A stretch of DNA of 64,000 bases from an uncultured Desulfobulbus sp. Lineage in GTDB: Bacteria > Desulfobacterota > Desulfobulbia > Desulfobulbales > Desulfobulbaceae. The notes below the pieces were generated by a model, which saw only the letters and a program-made list of their open reading frames with translations, made no database searches and was not told where the DNA came from. The stretch is from contig NZ_CAXXTL010000001.1 in NCBI RefSeq assembly GCF_963662935.2, positions 525,056-589,055 on the forward strand. Direction: 5' to 3'. Below are positions 9,211 to 20,184 of the stretch, one piece after another (the stretch's first letter is position 1; each line of letters begins with the position of its first letter). Position numbers and translations under genes: made by a program.

Positions 9211-10821
9211 TCAGTCAACAAAATTTTCAAAACGCTGAGAAAAATCTTTTAATATTATTTCTTTGTCAAGTTTATCACCATTCCGAAGCCTCTTCAAGTG
9301 CTCTTTTGCCAGCTCCAGGGAGATTTTCTGGCGTTGGGATAAACGCTCTGTGCTCACCTCAGTGGCATTGATTATCTGCTCAGCGGAGAAGGTCCGGTTT
9401 AGATTCTGCATCTCATTCAAATAGGAATCAATTCGCTTTTCCCGGTTCTCGCGGGCGTTGTTGTAGGTGTTTTCAGCTATTGTCAGGTCTTCCTGATAGC
9501 GTGGTGATACTTTGACGAGTTCAAGAGCGCTCTTCAGCACCATTTCTTTCTTAGGTATCTCGCTGATAATAGCTGATAAAGATGTGCCTTGCCGAATCAG
9601 CTCGCTTGGATCGAAGAGGGGTTGAGTGGATACCAAGGTCCGGGCCGGTGCATTTGCAGTGGAAGCGTCGGTCTTGGCTGCATGCGCTGTTGTTTGCTGT
9701 TGCGTCTGAACTAGGGGTTGGCTCTGTACCGTTTCCGGATCGCTTACTAGTCTGGAGGATGGGCTGGCAAGAGGGGAATCCTTCTGGGCTGCCGGTGGCG
9801 TCGTTTTTTCCACTGATGGAAGTGTAGTTTTTTCGTGCGGGGCCGATGGTTGCGGTAGCGGGCGAAAGGCGTAATAGCCACCGCCCGCGAGACCGATGAG
9901 AAGCAGACCCGCGGTTAGCCCGATCAGCCCCTTGGCGCTGCTCTTCGGCGGCTGGGGTGGTGGCGGAGCTGTTGGCGCCGGGCCGGACGGCGGGGCCGGC
10001 AGGCATTCTTTGAGGGCGGCAATCAGTGCGTTGCCGTCGGCAAAGCGGTTGGCCGGGTCTTTTTCCAGCAGTCGCATGATCGCTGCAGACAAGGCCGTCG
10101 GCAGCATCGGTTCGAGCACATGCGGCGCCTCCGGCGTGTCCTGGGTGATGGACCGGAATATCGCCGCCAGTGTCTCCCCTTGGAAGGGGCGCTTGCCGGT
10201 GGTGAGCTGGTAGAGGATCACCCCCAGCGAGTACAGGTCCGAGCGGCCATCCAGCTCTTGCCCCATGACCTGTTCCGGCGACATATAGCGCGGGGTGCCG
10301 AGGATCTCGCCAATTTGGGTCATGGTCTGGCCGTCTGGATCCTCGACCCGGGCAATGCCAAAATCTGTGACCCGGATGGCGCCTTCCGGACTGTAGATGA
10401 TGTTGGGCGGCTTGATATCGCGGTGAATGATCCCGTGCTGATGAGCATACTGCAAGGCTTGGGCAGTTTGGATACCAATGCTGACGATCTCCGCCAGGGT
10501 GAACTGCCGGGTGGCCATCAGCTCATCAAGCGGCGTCCCCTGGAGAAATTCCATGGCGATGTAGACGGTGCCATGGTCCTGGCCCACGTCATAGACGGTG
10601 ACAATGCCGGGATGGGACAGCCGACCGACCGCCATCGCTTCTTTGAGAAAACGCCGGACAAATTCGCTGGAGGTGACCCGGTCCTCGCGGAGCGCCTTCA
10701 GGGCAATGGTGCGGTGGATCTGAGGATCATGAGCCTTGTAGACCACCCCCATGTTGCCGCGACCCAATTCGCCGAGGATCTGGTAACGTCCGTACTGTGT
10801 TGGTGGGTTAGTGGTTTGCAT
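9211..10821 (-). CDS. Membrane Hanks-type Ser/Thr protein kinase (PpkA-like)
   Basis: LGRGNMGVV, IALK, HRDIKPPN, DFG, GTPRYMSPEQ and DLYSLG; TM helix and an extracytoplasmic C-terminal region. Confidence 0.95.
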   Translation of the reverse strand: MQTTNPPTQYGRYQILGELGRGNMGVVYKAHDPQIHRTIALKALREDRVTSSEFVRRFLKEAMAVGRLSHPGIVTVYDVGQDHGTVYIAMEFLQGTPLDELMATRQFTLAEIVSIGIQTAQALQYAHQHGIIHRDIKPPNIIYSPEGAIRVTDFGIARVEDPDGQTMTQIGEILGTPRYMSPEQVMGQELDGRSDLYSLGVILYQLTTGKRPFQGETLAAIFRSITQDTPEAPHVLEPMLPTALSAAIMRLLEKDPANRFADGNALIAALKECLPAPPSGPAPTAPPPPQPPKSSAKGLIGLTAGLLLIGLAGGGYYAFRPLPQPSAPHEKTTLPSVEKTTPPAAQKDSPLASPSSRLVSDPETVQSQPLVQTQQQTTAHAAKTDASTANAPARTLVSTQPLFDPSELIRQGTSLSAIISEIPKKEMVLKSALELVKVSPRYQEDLTIAENTYNNARENREKRIDSYLNEMQNLNRTFSAEQIINATEVSTERLSQRQKISLELAKEHLKRLRNGDKLDKEIILKDFSQRFENFVD

Positions 10822-10905
10822 CGGTTGACTGTCTCAGGGTAGGCGTGCTCTCTCCGGCCGTTCTTCCGGCAGCGAACTGATCTTTTTCTGCCGGGACTGC
10901 CGCGA

Positions 10906-11058
10906 CTATTGCCCGAAGAATCCGGTCTTCGGTTGCGGCGGGTTCTTTTCTGCCCTGATGATTTCATCGATCAGGTCACGGCGCATTTTCCGGTAGAGCT
11001 GCCAGCTGATTTGGCCATTGGCATAGGCCTGACAGAGGGCCCGCAGTTCTCTGTTCAT
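10906..11058 (-). CDS. Small hypothetical protein (50 aa, MNRELRALCQAYANGQISW...)
   Basis: ATG overlaps the phosphatase stop (ATGA) and follows an AAGGAGA RBS. Confidence 0.55.
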   Translation of the reverse strand: MNRELRALCQAYANGQISWQLYRKMRRDLIDEIIRAEKNPPQPKTGFFGQ

Positions 11059-11876
11059 TGATTCTCCTTTGTTGATGCTGGGCTGGCCACCCGCACGACC
11101 ACCACAGTGACATTGTCCCGGGCCCGCCGCTCCAGGCAGGTCCCAATTAGATCCTGGGCGATCCGGGCAGGGGAGTCGGAACGTGCCATGAGCACGCCGA
11201 TTTCCCGATCCTCCAACTCCTTGTACAGGCCGTCGCTGCACAGCAGCAGCAGGTCGCCATGCTGAAGCTCGAAAATATCGAGGTCGAGCACCAGTTCCTC
11301 GCCAGCGCCCACGGCCCGGGTAATCACATTGGCCCTGGGATGCGAGCGGGCCTCCTCTGGCGTGATCCCGCCCATTGTCAGCAACTCCTCGACAAAGCTG
11401 TGGTCCCGGCTGACCTGGAAGAGATTGCCCTGACGGAAAAGGTAGAGGCGGCTGTCGCCGGCCCACATCACCAGGCCCTGGCGGCCATGGGCAAGAAAGG
11501 CGACCACCGTGCTGCCAGAGATCTTGCCGGTTGTCCTGCCTGCATCCACCAGCGCTTTGTGGGCGCCTATCAGCTGATTTTCAACCTGCTCAACAAAGAG
11601 GCTGAAAATCGGGTCAAAGGGCACAACCCTGGCATAATCGATTACGGTACGGCTGGCCACATCGCCGGCCATGTGACCTCCCATACCGTCGGCCACCACC
11701 CAGAGTTGCCGGTCGGCCAGTTCCAGGCAGGCATCTTCGTTCAAGGTGCGTACGCAGCCGACATGGCTGAGGCTGGCGGAAAGGTATTCGAAATGGCTGC
11801 CAAGGGAGCGTTTTTCATGGGGAGGGGTGCCCGGCGGCACGCTGAGAGTGATCTGCTGGGTGCGGTCGTCGTCCAT
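11055..11876 (-). CDS. PP2C-family Ser/Thr phosphatase (PppA/TagG-like)
   Basis: NEDA, VADGMGGH, AGDSRLY, DHS, CSDGL and DNVT motifs. Confidence 0.93.
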   Translation of the reverse strand: MDDDRTQQITLSVPPGTPPHEKRSLGSHFEYLSASLSHVGCVRTLNEDACLELADRQLWVVADGMGGHMAGDVASRTVIDYARVVPFDPIFSLFVEQVENQLIGAHKALVDAGRTTGKISGSTVVAFLAHGRQGLVMWAGDSRLYLFRQGNLFQVSRDHSFVEELLTMGGITPEEARSHPRANVITRAVGAGEELVLDLDIFELQHGDLLLLCSDGLYKELEDREIGVLMARSDSPARIAQDLIGTCLERRARDNVTVVVVRVASPASTKENQ

Positions 11877-12056
11877 GGTTCTCTGCTAGGGTAAAGGAGA
11901 CAGTCAACGCTTACCCTGAAGAAGAGGGTCAGGGGGCGGGCGGAACTCGCTTGCTAAAGTTGATGGGTTCCATGCCGATATCATAAGACTTTTTCATTGT
12001 AACGATATTAAAATAAATATACAAATTATTCTGGATCAGTTGCGGTTCAAAAATCT

Positions 12057-12330
12057 TTAAAGAGCTTTGACCGCCTCTTCCCTGCCACGGGTCAGGTCGC
12101 GCATGGCTTCATCTTCCGCAGACGGAACATACACCGCCGTCAGTTTCCCCGAACGGTGTAACTGTGGCAGGTTGAGGGCATTGCGACTGTCAATTTTGAT
12201 TCGATAAACACTTCTAGGGGGAATTTTTAATGGGGCAACCACGGTACAGTCGAGACCCCGTTTTGTCAAAGAGTGGTAGATGGCATACCCGCAGGGACCT
12301 GCTTCATAGGCAAACCGCAGCGTTGTTTTT
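12057..12330 (-). mobile_element. IS110-family transposase fragment
   Basis: Minus-strand reading LRFAYEAGPCGY...CTVVAP..IP...RIKID.RNA...AVYVPSAEDEAMRDLTRGRE; truncated on both sides. Confidence 0.8.
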
Positions 12331-12380
12331 GTGGTTATTTAAGTGACCACATCCATCCTTATACCTGCAGCCCAAAATAT

Positions 12381-13287
12381 TTAGATTTCTTCGCCTGGGA
12401 TCATGAACAAGTTGATGCTGCTTTTGGCATAATGTTTTTCGCTCATGAGTAGATCCAGAGCCAAAGTGGCAATGTCATCGGCGACTGGATCGATGCTGGC
12501 ATCTTTTTCCTGTGAAAAAATCTTCAGATGGGCAGGCCTCAGCCCGCACCTCCCCATTCGCGCCCTCTAGGCCAAAATATTCGATTCCCTTGGTGTTAGC
12601 GCATCGGCTGCACTTGACGCGTACGACATGCCATTCCGATCCGCACAGTGCACAGTGCAAATAGCGCAGTCCCCTTGTCGAACCCGCCGTGTGGATGATC
12701 GAAGCCACCGGTGGGCTGCCGCAGACAGGGCAGAGATCTGGGCGTTCCGGCCGACCTATCTGGTTCGGTTGGAGTTGCCGTACCAGATAGGTCCATTGTA
12801 CCTGTAGGGCTGCACTAATGAGGGGAGCGGCCGCCAGGTCAAGTTGCGCCATGTTTCCTTGCAGCAAAGCATCGGCCTGCGTTTCCAGCCATCCACTGTC
12901 GGCCTTGAGAAGGAGTGAGAGCGCTTGTCTGCCTTTGAGCGGAATCTCTTGAGTGACGGCATCAATGGCCCTGCGGGCAGCCTCGTGCCACCGGGGCTGC
13001 CGAGGCCAACCCGCCGGGACCAGCGGCGGGTTGGCGTGTTCGCGGCATTGATCCAGTAAGTGGGGATCAGGAACAGAAATCTCCGGATGGCGGTCCAACT
13101 CGGTCTGCTGCCATTCTGCCAATCGCCCCAAAAACAAGAGATAATCGGACAGACTGTGCCCTTCAGCCAGTTGGTGCAACCTTCGGGCACGGTCGGCGAA
13201 CAGATGAGCCGGCGGGAGAAGCAATTCAGGAAGTGCACCGGCAGCGATCTCAAGCTGGCCGGGTTGTAAAATGGGGGGTGTGATCAT
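12381..13287 (-). pseudogene. fdhE: Formate dehydrogenase accessory protein FdhE, frameshifted near 12530
   Basis: CPVCGS, RYLHCALC and CSRC motifs. After AEACP the frame shifts; the canonical tail LKIFSQEKDASIDPVADDIATLALDLLMSEKHYAKSSINLFMIPGEEI* lies in another frame and ends at 12381. Confidence 0.85.
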
Positions 13288-13386
13288 CGTGTATCCGGTT
13301 GCAGAGATGATTGTTCAGAGCATTTCGCGAAACGCTTCCCCATGCCAATCGAGGCGCAGGCAAGCGCTTCGCCCAACCCATCAAGG

Positions 13387-14016
13387 TTACTGTTTTTTTT
13401 CGACCATCTCCTTATACCAGGCCGCACAATGATGCCTGGCCCAGGCAGCCGTGACGGTTCCACGGGTCATGGCGCGGATCGAACCACGCGTCCAGTAGGC
13501 TGCGTAGACATGGACAATGAAACAGGTCAATGCGACAAAGGCGGAAAAGGCATGTACCACCACCGCGTTTCGGCGCAGGTTAACGGAAAACTCGGGTGCG
13601 AACCACGGTTGCCAGATGAGAATACCGGAGACCAGCAGCAGCAGAACGGATAGCAGCAGGGTCCTGGTTAGGAGTTTCTGGCCGAGGTTGTATTTGCCGA
13701 GCGGGGGCAAATTTTCCGTTCTGTTCCGCAGGATCTCCCCCATGTGTTTTCCCCATTGCCAGTCGACAGCGGTGATCCGATTGTCTTTCCATACCCTGGC
13801 CACCCAGATGAGAAAGAAAAAGGACATGGCCGCCCCAAAGAAGGGATGGAGGATACGCGCCCAGGTGCCGCCGCCGAACAGGCTGGTCAGCCAGAAGAAG
13901 AGGGGATGGAAGAAACCGAGCCCGGAAAGGCCGGCGAGAATAAAGGTGATGGCCACCATCCAATGGTTGAGCCGTTCGCTGGCGGTGTGCCGCTGAATGA
14001 GAGTCTGTTTGCTCAT
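13387..14016 (-). CDS. fdnI: Formate dehydrogenase gamma subunit (cytochrome b556)
   Basis: [29 protein letters not shown] and GSIRAMTRG motifs; ATGA overlap with fdnH. Confidence 0.93.
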   Translation of the reverse strand: MSKQTLIQRHTASERLNHWMVAITFILAGLSGLGFFHPLFFWLTSLFGGGTWARILHPFFGAAMSFFFLIWVARVWKDNRITAVDWQWGKHMGEILRNRTENLPPLGKYNLGQKLLTRTLLLSVLLLLVSGILIWQPWFAPEFSVNLRRNAVVVHAFSAFVALTCFIVHVYAAYWTRGSIRAMTRGTVTAAWARHHCAAWYKEMVEKKQ

Positions 14017-14885
14017 AGCGTTTCCTCCTTTTCCTCTGTGACCTCGTTGGGTCCCTGAGTCAGGTAGTGGAAGACTCCGCCGACAATGGCGGCGCCTAAA
14101 CCGATATTCATCAGGGTTTTGGCGATCTCTTTCCACAGGGCGACAAGCGGGCTGATGCCCGGATCTTTCGGCAGTCCCTGATACAGCTCGGGCCGGTCGG
14201 CATGCTGGAGCACATACATCACATGGGTGCCGCCTACGCCGGGTGGGTTGTACAGGCCAGCCTGCTGGTAGCCGCGTTCCTTCAAATCAGCAATTCGGCC
14301 GGTGGCATGCTGGAGCATGTCCTCCTTGGAGCCGAAGGTGATTGCCCCGGTGGGACAGGTCTTGGCGCAGGCCGGCTCCAGGTTCACCGCCACCCGGTCG
14401 GAACAGAGCGTACACTTATAGGCCTTGCCGTCCTTCTTGGACAGGCGGGGGATGTTGAACGGGCAGCCGATGATGCAATAGCCGCAGCCAACACAGGCTT
14501 CCTCGTGAAAGTCGACAATGCCGTTGCTGTATTGAATGATTGCGCCGGGGGCGGGGCACGATTTCAAGCAGCCCGGATCGGCACAGTGCATGCACCCATC
14601 CTTGCGGATCAGCCATTCGAGCCGCCCGGGGGTAGGTTCGACCTCGGCAAAGCGCATCACCGTCCAGCTTTGATCGGAAAGATCAGCCGGGTTGTCATAG
14701 ACCCCGTGGTTATTGCCAACGGCGTCGCGGAGGTCATTCCATTCCATGCAGGCCACCTGGCAGGCCTTGCAGCCGATACACTTGGAGATGTCGATCAGTT
14801 TGGCCACTTCCAGGGTGGTCCGGGCGTTGGGTGAGGGCGTGGTGGTGGCGGAACGTCGTCTAATATCGAGCGATTGCAGGGTCAT
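14013..14885 (-). CDS. fdnH: Formate dehydrogenase beta subunit (4x[4Fe-4S])
   Basis: [32 protein letters not shown] and CTLC motifs; C-terminal TM helix. Confidence 0.95.
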   Translation of the reverse strand: MTLQSLDIRRRSATTTPSPNARTTLEVAKLIDISKCIGCKACQVACMEWNDLRDAVGNNHGVYDNPADLSDQSWTVMRFAEVEPTPGRLEWLIRKDGCMHCADPGCLKSCPAPGAIIQYSNGIVDFHEEACVGCGYCIIGCPFNIPRLSKKDGKAYKCTLCSDRVAVNLEPACAKTCPTGAITFGSKEDMLQHATGRIADLKERGYQQAGLYNPPGVGGTHVMYVLQHADRPELYQGLPKDPGISPLVALWKEIAKTLMNIGLGAAIVGGVFHYLTQGPNEVTEEKEETL

Positions 14886-14896
14886 GGTTCGCCTCC

Positions 14897-17800
14897 TTAC
14901 ACCTTGTCAATGTTCACGAGGAACGACTTGAATTCCGGCGTCTGGGTGTTGGCGTCGCCGACAAAAGGGGTCAGGGAGTTGGTGATATAACCGTTCTTGG
15001 CCACCCCCATGAAGCCCCAGTGGATCGGAACGCCGACGGTATGCACCTTCTTGCCCGCTATATCCAGGGTGCGGATCCGCTTGGTGACCACGGCCACGGC
15101 GACGATGAAGCCGCGCTTGGATCTGACCCGTACGCTGTCGCCGGCCTTGATGCCTTTTTCTCGAGCCAGGTCCTCGCCGATCTCGACAAACTGTTCCGGC
15201 TGGAGAATGGCATCCAAGGCCGCATGTTTGGTCCAGAAATGGAAATGTTCGGTCAGTCGATAGGTCGTGCAGACATGGGGGAACTGATCGGCTGAGCCGA
15301 AGGTGTCCCAGTCGCCCTTGAAGACCCGTGCAGCCGGATTGGCCCGCGCCTTGTCGTTTTTCGGGTGGAGCGGGTTGGCGGCCAGGGGCGACTCAAAGGG
15401 TTCGTAATGTTCGGGGAAAGGGCCTTCCGCCATCTTGTCGACAGCAAAGAAGCGTGCCACTCCTTCCGGATTCATGATAAACGGCCCCATGCCGTTTTCC
15501 GGCGGTGAGGCGGCGTTGAAATCCGGGATGTCGGAACCTGACCAGGTACCTGTGGCTCCATTCCAGGCGATCAGCTTCCGCTTGGGATCAAAAGGCTTGC
15601 CGGTGAGGTCACAGGAGGCGCGGTTGTAGAGAATTCGCCGGTTGGCCGGCCAGGCAAAGGCCCAGTTCAGGGTCTGGCCGATGCCGAAGGGGTCGCTGTT
15701 GTCGCGCCGTGCCATCAGATTGCCCTTTTCCGACCAGCAGCCAGAAAAGATCCAGCAGCCGCAAGCGGTGGAGCCGTCGTCGCGCAGCTCGGCAAAGCCG
15801 TTCAACTGCTGGCCGGCCTTGAGCAGGACCTTCGTTGCATCCTTAGGGTCGACTAGATCCTTCAAGGCTGACCCCGAAAATTCCCTGGCCAGCTCTTCGG
15901 GCGACGGATCCTCCGGCTGGCGATGCTTCCAGGTCAGGTTGAGGATGGGATCGGGGAAGGCGCCGCCATCTTTTTGATACATCTCGCGGAGCTTCAGAAA
16001 GATACCGGCCATGATGGCCTGATCCCCCTTGGCCTCCCCTGGCGGCTCGGCGGCTTTCCAGTGCCATTGCAGCCAGCGTCCCGAATTGACCAGTGAGCCA
16101 TCTTCTTCAGCAAAACAGGTCGAGGGCAGGCGGAAAACCTCGGTCTGGATTTTGGTCGGATCAACGTCGTTGTACTCTCCGTGATTCTGCCAGAATTCCG
16201 AGGTCTCGGTGGCTAGGGGATCGATGATCACCAGATACTTGAGCTTGGTCAGGGCGCCGGATATTTTAATTTTACACGGAGCAGAAGCCAACGGATTGAA
16301 TCCCTGGCAGATATACCCGTTGACCTTGCCCTGGTGCATATTCTCGAACACCTGGAGGATATCGTAGCCCTTGTCAAGCTTGGGCAACCAGTCGTAGCAC
16401 CAGTTATTCTCAGTCGTGGCAGCATCGCCGTACCAAGCCTTCATCGTGCTGACGAAAAATTTGCCATAGTTTTGCCAATAGCTCATCTGGCCAGGCCGCA
16501 TCGGTTTGTAGGCCCGCGCATTGATATAGGTCTGATAGTCTTGCTCCGCATCCCCGGCCAGCGACATATATCCCGGCAGCAGATTGGACAGCAGGCCAAG
16601 ATCGGTCAGTCCCTGGATGTTGGAGTGACCGCGCAGGGCGTTCATGCCGCCGCCGGCAACGCCAATGTTGCCGAGCAGCAGTTGTACCATGGCCCCGGTG
16701 CGGATCATCTGGGAGCCCTGCGAATGCTGGGTCCAACCCAGAGCGTACATGATGGTCATGGCCTTGTTGGGGGCGGCGGTGCCGGCAATCATCTCGCAGA
16801 CTTTGAGGAAATCGTCTTTGGGCGTGCCGCAGATGGAGGAGACCATTTCCGGGGTGTAGCGCGCATAATGCGCCTTCATCAACTGATAAACGCAACGTGG
16901 ATTTGCCAGGGTCGGATCGGTGACCACATAGCCGTCCGTGCCAATCTGATAGCCCCAGCTTGATTTGGCGTAGGTCCTTATCTCGGCATTGTAGCCGGTG
17001 AACAAGCCGTCAACAAAGCCGAATTCCTCCTTCACCAGAAAGCTGAAATCAGTGTAATGCTTGACGTATTCGTGATTGATTTGATCGTTGCTTAACAGAT
17101 AGTTGATCACGCCGCCGAGGAAGGCAATGTCGGTGCCAGCGCGGACCGGGGTGTAGAAATCAGAAACTGCGGCCGAACGTGTGAAGCGGGGGTCCACCAC
17201 TATCAACTTGGCCTTGCGGTGGGCCTTTGCTTCGGTCACCCATTTGAACCCGCAGGGATGGGCCTCGGCGGCGTTGCCGCCCATAATTAGGATGAGGTCG
17301 GCGTTCTTGATGTCGACCCAGTGGTTGGTCATGGCGCCACGGCCAAACGTCGGGGCAAGACTTGCCACCGTTGGTCCGTGTCAGACCCGGGCTTGATTGT
17401 CGAAGGCGAGCATCCCCATGCTGCGAACTACTTTATGCGTCAGGTAGCCTGTTTCGTTGCTGGAGGCGGAGGCGGCGAGAAAACCGGTAGTCAGCCAGCG
17501 GTTGACGGTTTGTTCCTTGTCATTTTTAGCGATAAAATTTGTATCTCGATCGTCTTTCATCAAGGTGGCGATCCGGCTGAAAGCCTCATCCCAAGTGATA
17601 CGCTGCCACTGCTTGCTGCCGGGGGCGCGGTATTCTGGATATTTGAGCCGATTAGGGCTGTGGACAAAATCGAGCAGGCCAGCCCCTTTGGGGCAGAGAG
17701 TGCCGCGGTTTACTGGATGATCCGGATCGCCCTCGATATGGATGATCTCGGCCGGGGCATTTTTTGAGGCGTCGCCCAGGCTATACATGAGGAGACCGCA

Positions 17801-17968
17801 CCCAACCGAACAATACGGGCAGGTATTGCGGGTTTCGGTGGAACGGGTCAACTTGAACTCGCGGACTTCGGCCAAGGCATTGGTTGGGGAAAAGCCCAGT
17901 TTAGCCAAACTGGAACCGCCTACAGTAGCTGCACAGACTTTGAAGAACTGCCGTCGATTGTAGTGCAT
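14897..17968 (-). CDS. fdnG: Selenocysteine-containing formate dehydrogenase alpha subunit, Tat-exported
   Basis: Two track ORFs are joined in frame by TGA at 17381-17383 ([24 protein letters not shown]). Tat motif [14 protein letters not shown] and LRGHSNIQG. Confidence 0.96.
17341..17380 (-). promoter_or_regulatory. Bacterial SECIS element
   Basis: Immediately 3' of the UGA: CACGGACCAACGGTGGCAAGTCTTGCCCCG with a GGCA-AGTCT-TGCC apical stem-loop, very similar to the E. coli fdnG-type SECIS. Confidence 0.88.
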
Positions 17969-18239
17969 CTCGTCATCCTCCTTGTTGGTAGCTCGTTGAC
18001 TTTTTTCGATAATAAATTATTCTTGTTCGAGCGTGTGTTGCCTTTTCTTTCAGTGAATTGATATTAGGAACATTATTTCAATTGCCAAATAATTGAGTTG
18101 CGTCAATTTCCGTCAACATTCAAAGTGTGAATTTTTTTTAAACACACGACAATAGCTCATTCCATAAGAAAAAATGAATGATATAAAGAAAGAAGATGTC
18201 CTTTAAATAGAGACATAGAATTCATGATAACAGATAAAA

Positions 18240-19142
18240 TCATTTGATGAATGTACCGTTATTATATTCCTCGAAAGCAACGCGCAGCTCGTCTTGAGTG
18301 TTCATCACTATCGGCCCATACCAAGCTACGGGCTCGTGAAGAGGTTTTCCTGAAACAAACAGGAAACGGACGGGTTTGTCCATGGTCGTCACTTGCATAG
18401 TGTTTCCGGTCTGCTCATACAGTACCACGGTCTCATGTTCACAGATACATCGACGCTCCAAGTCGGACCAACCATGGCCCACCACCTCAAAGGAATATGC
18501 ATCGCGACGATCATCGAAGTACCCTTCGCCGTCCAGCACGTAAACAAAAGCAGTGTGGTTGACGGGTAATGTATGGGTGAACACAGTCCCCGGTGGCACA
18601 ATGATGTCGAGCATTTCTGGTTCGATGATAATATCCCGAACCGGGCCTTTTACACCGCTCACTACGCCAGCAACCACTTTGATTTTGACACCGTTCACCA
18701 GGGCAACCTCTGGGATCTCGGCAGCTTTGACCTCTTGGTAACGGGGGGCAATCATTTTATGGCTGGCGGGCAGGTTGGCCCAAAACTGAAAGCCCCACAT
18801 GGTACCGGTGGGGCTTTCTTGGGGCATCTCTTGGTGGATAATACCACTGCCGGCGGTCATCCACTGCACATCCCCTGCGCTAATAATTCCTGCATTGCCC
18901 ATGCTGTCCCCATGTTCCACCATTCCCTCAAGAATATAAGTGATGGTTTCAATGCCGCGGTGCGGGTGCCAAGGGAAACCCGGCAAGTATTCTTTGGGAT
19001 TACTGGTATGGAAGTCATCCAGCATTAAAAATGGGTCGAACTGGGGTATTTGGGAATAACCGAAGGCACGCTTGAGATGAACTCCTGCGCCCTCGACGGT
19101 GGGCTGGCTCTTGAATATCTTGGCTATACGACGAACAGTCAT
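18240..19142 (-). CDS. Pirin family protein
   Basis: DPFLMLDDF, GFPWHPHRGIETITY, WMTAGSGIIHQEMP and GPIVMNT; ATG 19142 after GGAGGAG. Confidence 0.95.
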   Translation of the reverse strand: MTVRRIAKIFKSQPTVEGAGVHLKRAFGYSQIPQFDPFLMLDDFHTSNPKEYLPGFPWHPHRGIETITYILEGMVEHGDSMGNAGIISAGDVQWMTAGSGIIHQEMPQESPTGTMWGFQFWANLPASHKMIAPRYQEVKAAEIPEVALVNGVKIKVVAGVVSGVKGPVRDIIIEPEMLDIIVPPGTVFTHTLPVNHTAFVYVLDGEGYFDDRRDAYSFEVVGHGWSDLERRCICEHETVVLYEQTGNTMQVTTMDKPVRFLFVSGKPLHEPVAWYGPIVMNTQDELRVAFEEYNNGTFIK

Positions 19143-19472
19143 AATTGCTCCTCCGTAATCATATGTTTTCAAAAGTAAGCATCACCGTAGTTCAGCAGGT
19201 AACTTTGATTATAATTATCCTTTATTCGCTCTCATAATCAACTCGAACCTGATAATATCATACACCAAATTGTAAACTGAGACGCTCGAAAAGCTTAACC
19301 GTCCCTCAAGACATTTCAATCAATACGGTCGATGTCAAAAGCCGCATAGGGCCATGATGTTGTACTAGCGCCAGTTAAAGTGATTGACTGATTTATTCCA
19401 GCCTGCTGTTTTATTGCGGTAACTGCTGGCAAGGTAATGCTCAAAGGTGTCGTGGATAGGTATCTGAAATCG

Positions 19473-20037
19473 CTAAAAAATTTCGGATAAAATGTCTCCT
19501 TCCCCGCATTCGGCGGCTGTTTCAAGGGAAACAAGCCGACCGTATATCTCCGTTTGCGGAACGGGTTCAGTAAATGGAGATTGCGGCTGATGATATGTAT
19601 GGGCACTGACCAGGGTTCCCTTTCGCCTGTGAGCTGCACAGGGGGGGTGATCTCCGATGATGAAAATTAGGGTATCTCTTGTGACATACTTGGCGCTCTG
19701 CCTTGAAGGTACGCCCGGCACCTGCCTTCGGCTTTACAATCCTTTACTGCTTCTTTCAGCACTGGAAAGGCTCTTTCCATGAACTCGGTATCCAAGACCG
19801 TGTACGTTGAACAATCAGCCATGCAGCCTTGACCCCTTTTGGGGCGACCAGACTGACATCAGGCCTACCATATTCGTCCACGATCACCTTGATTCGAGCA
19901 TTGTTCCGCTCGTGCACGGCCCGCATGCAAGGATGGTATTCCTCTTCTCGTAACTCGCCTGCGTCCATGAGTTCTCACAGGAGCCGCTGGTCGTCTTCCT
20001 GCATTGACAAAAGTTTCTGAAATAACGGATGATTCAT
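19473..20037 (-). pseudogene. Degraded DUF6624-like gene
   Basis: MNHPLFQKLLSMQEDDQRLL*ELM...NNARIKVIVDEYGRPDVSLV...AAWLIVQ has an in-frame stop and later frameshifts; the 3' boundary is approximate. Confidence 0.55.
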
Positions 20038-20184
20038 CGCACGCAGTGGGCTCCTGGCTAACGTGGCGTTCTCCGGCAGCGGAGCACTGTGGAATTACAT
20101 TCCAATTGGAAGGTATTGTTCAAAGGCCTCTCTTCTTCAAATAGCTCAGGGTCCATTTCTTGTTTCTGATGCAGAGTAACTTGA

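Noticed and set aside
10834-10908. Open frame after the TAG of the small ORF (possible amber readthrough)
   Set aside because: Only 23 extra codons with no motif and no pyl context; compatible with chance.
17381-17383. Apparent nonsense mutation splitting fdnG
   Set aside because: It is the Sec codon at the catalytic position, followed by a SECIS hairpin.
20041-20130. attC-like GTTAGCC core just upstream of the DUF6624-like pseudogene (similar GCCCAAC at about 61762)
   Set aside because: No convincing complementary arm, array or integrase was found.
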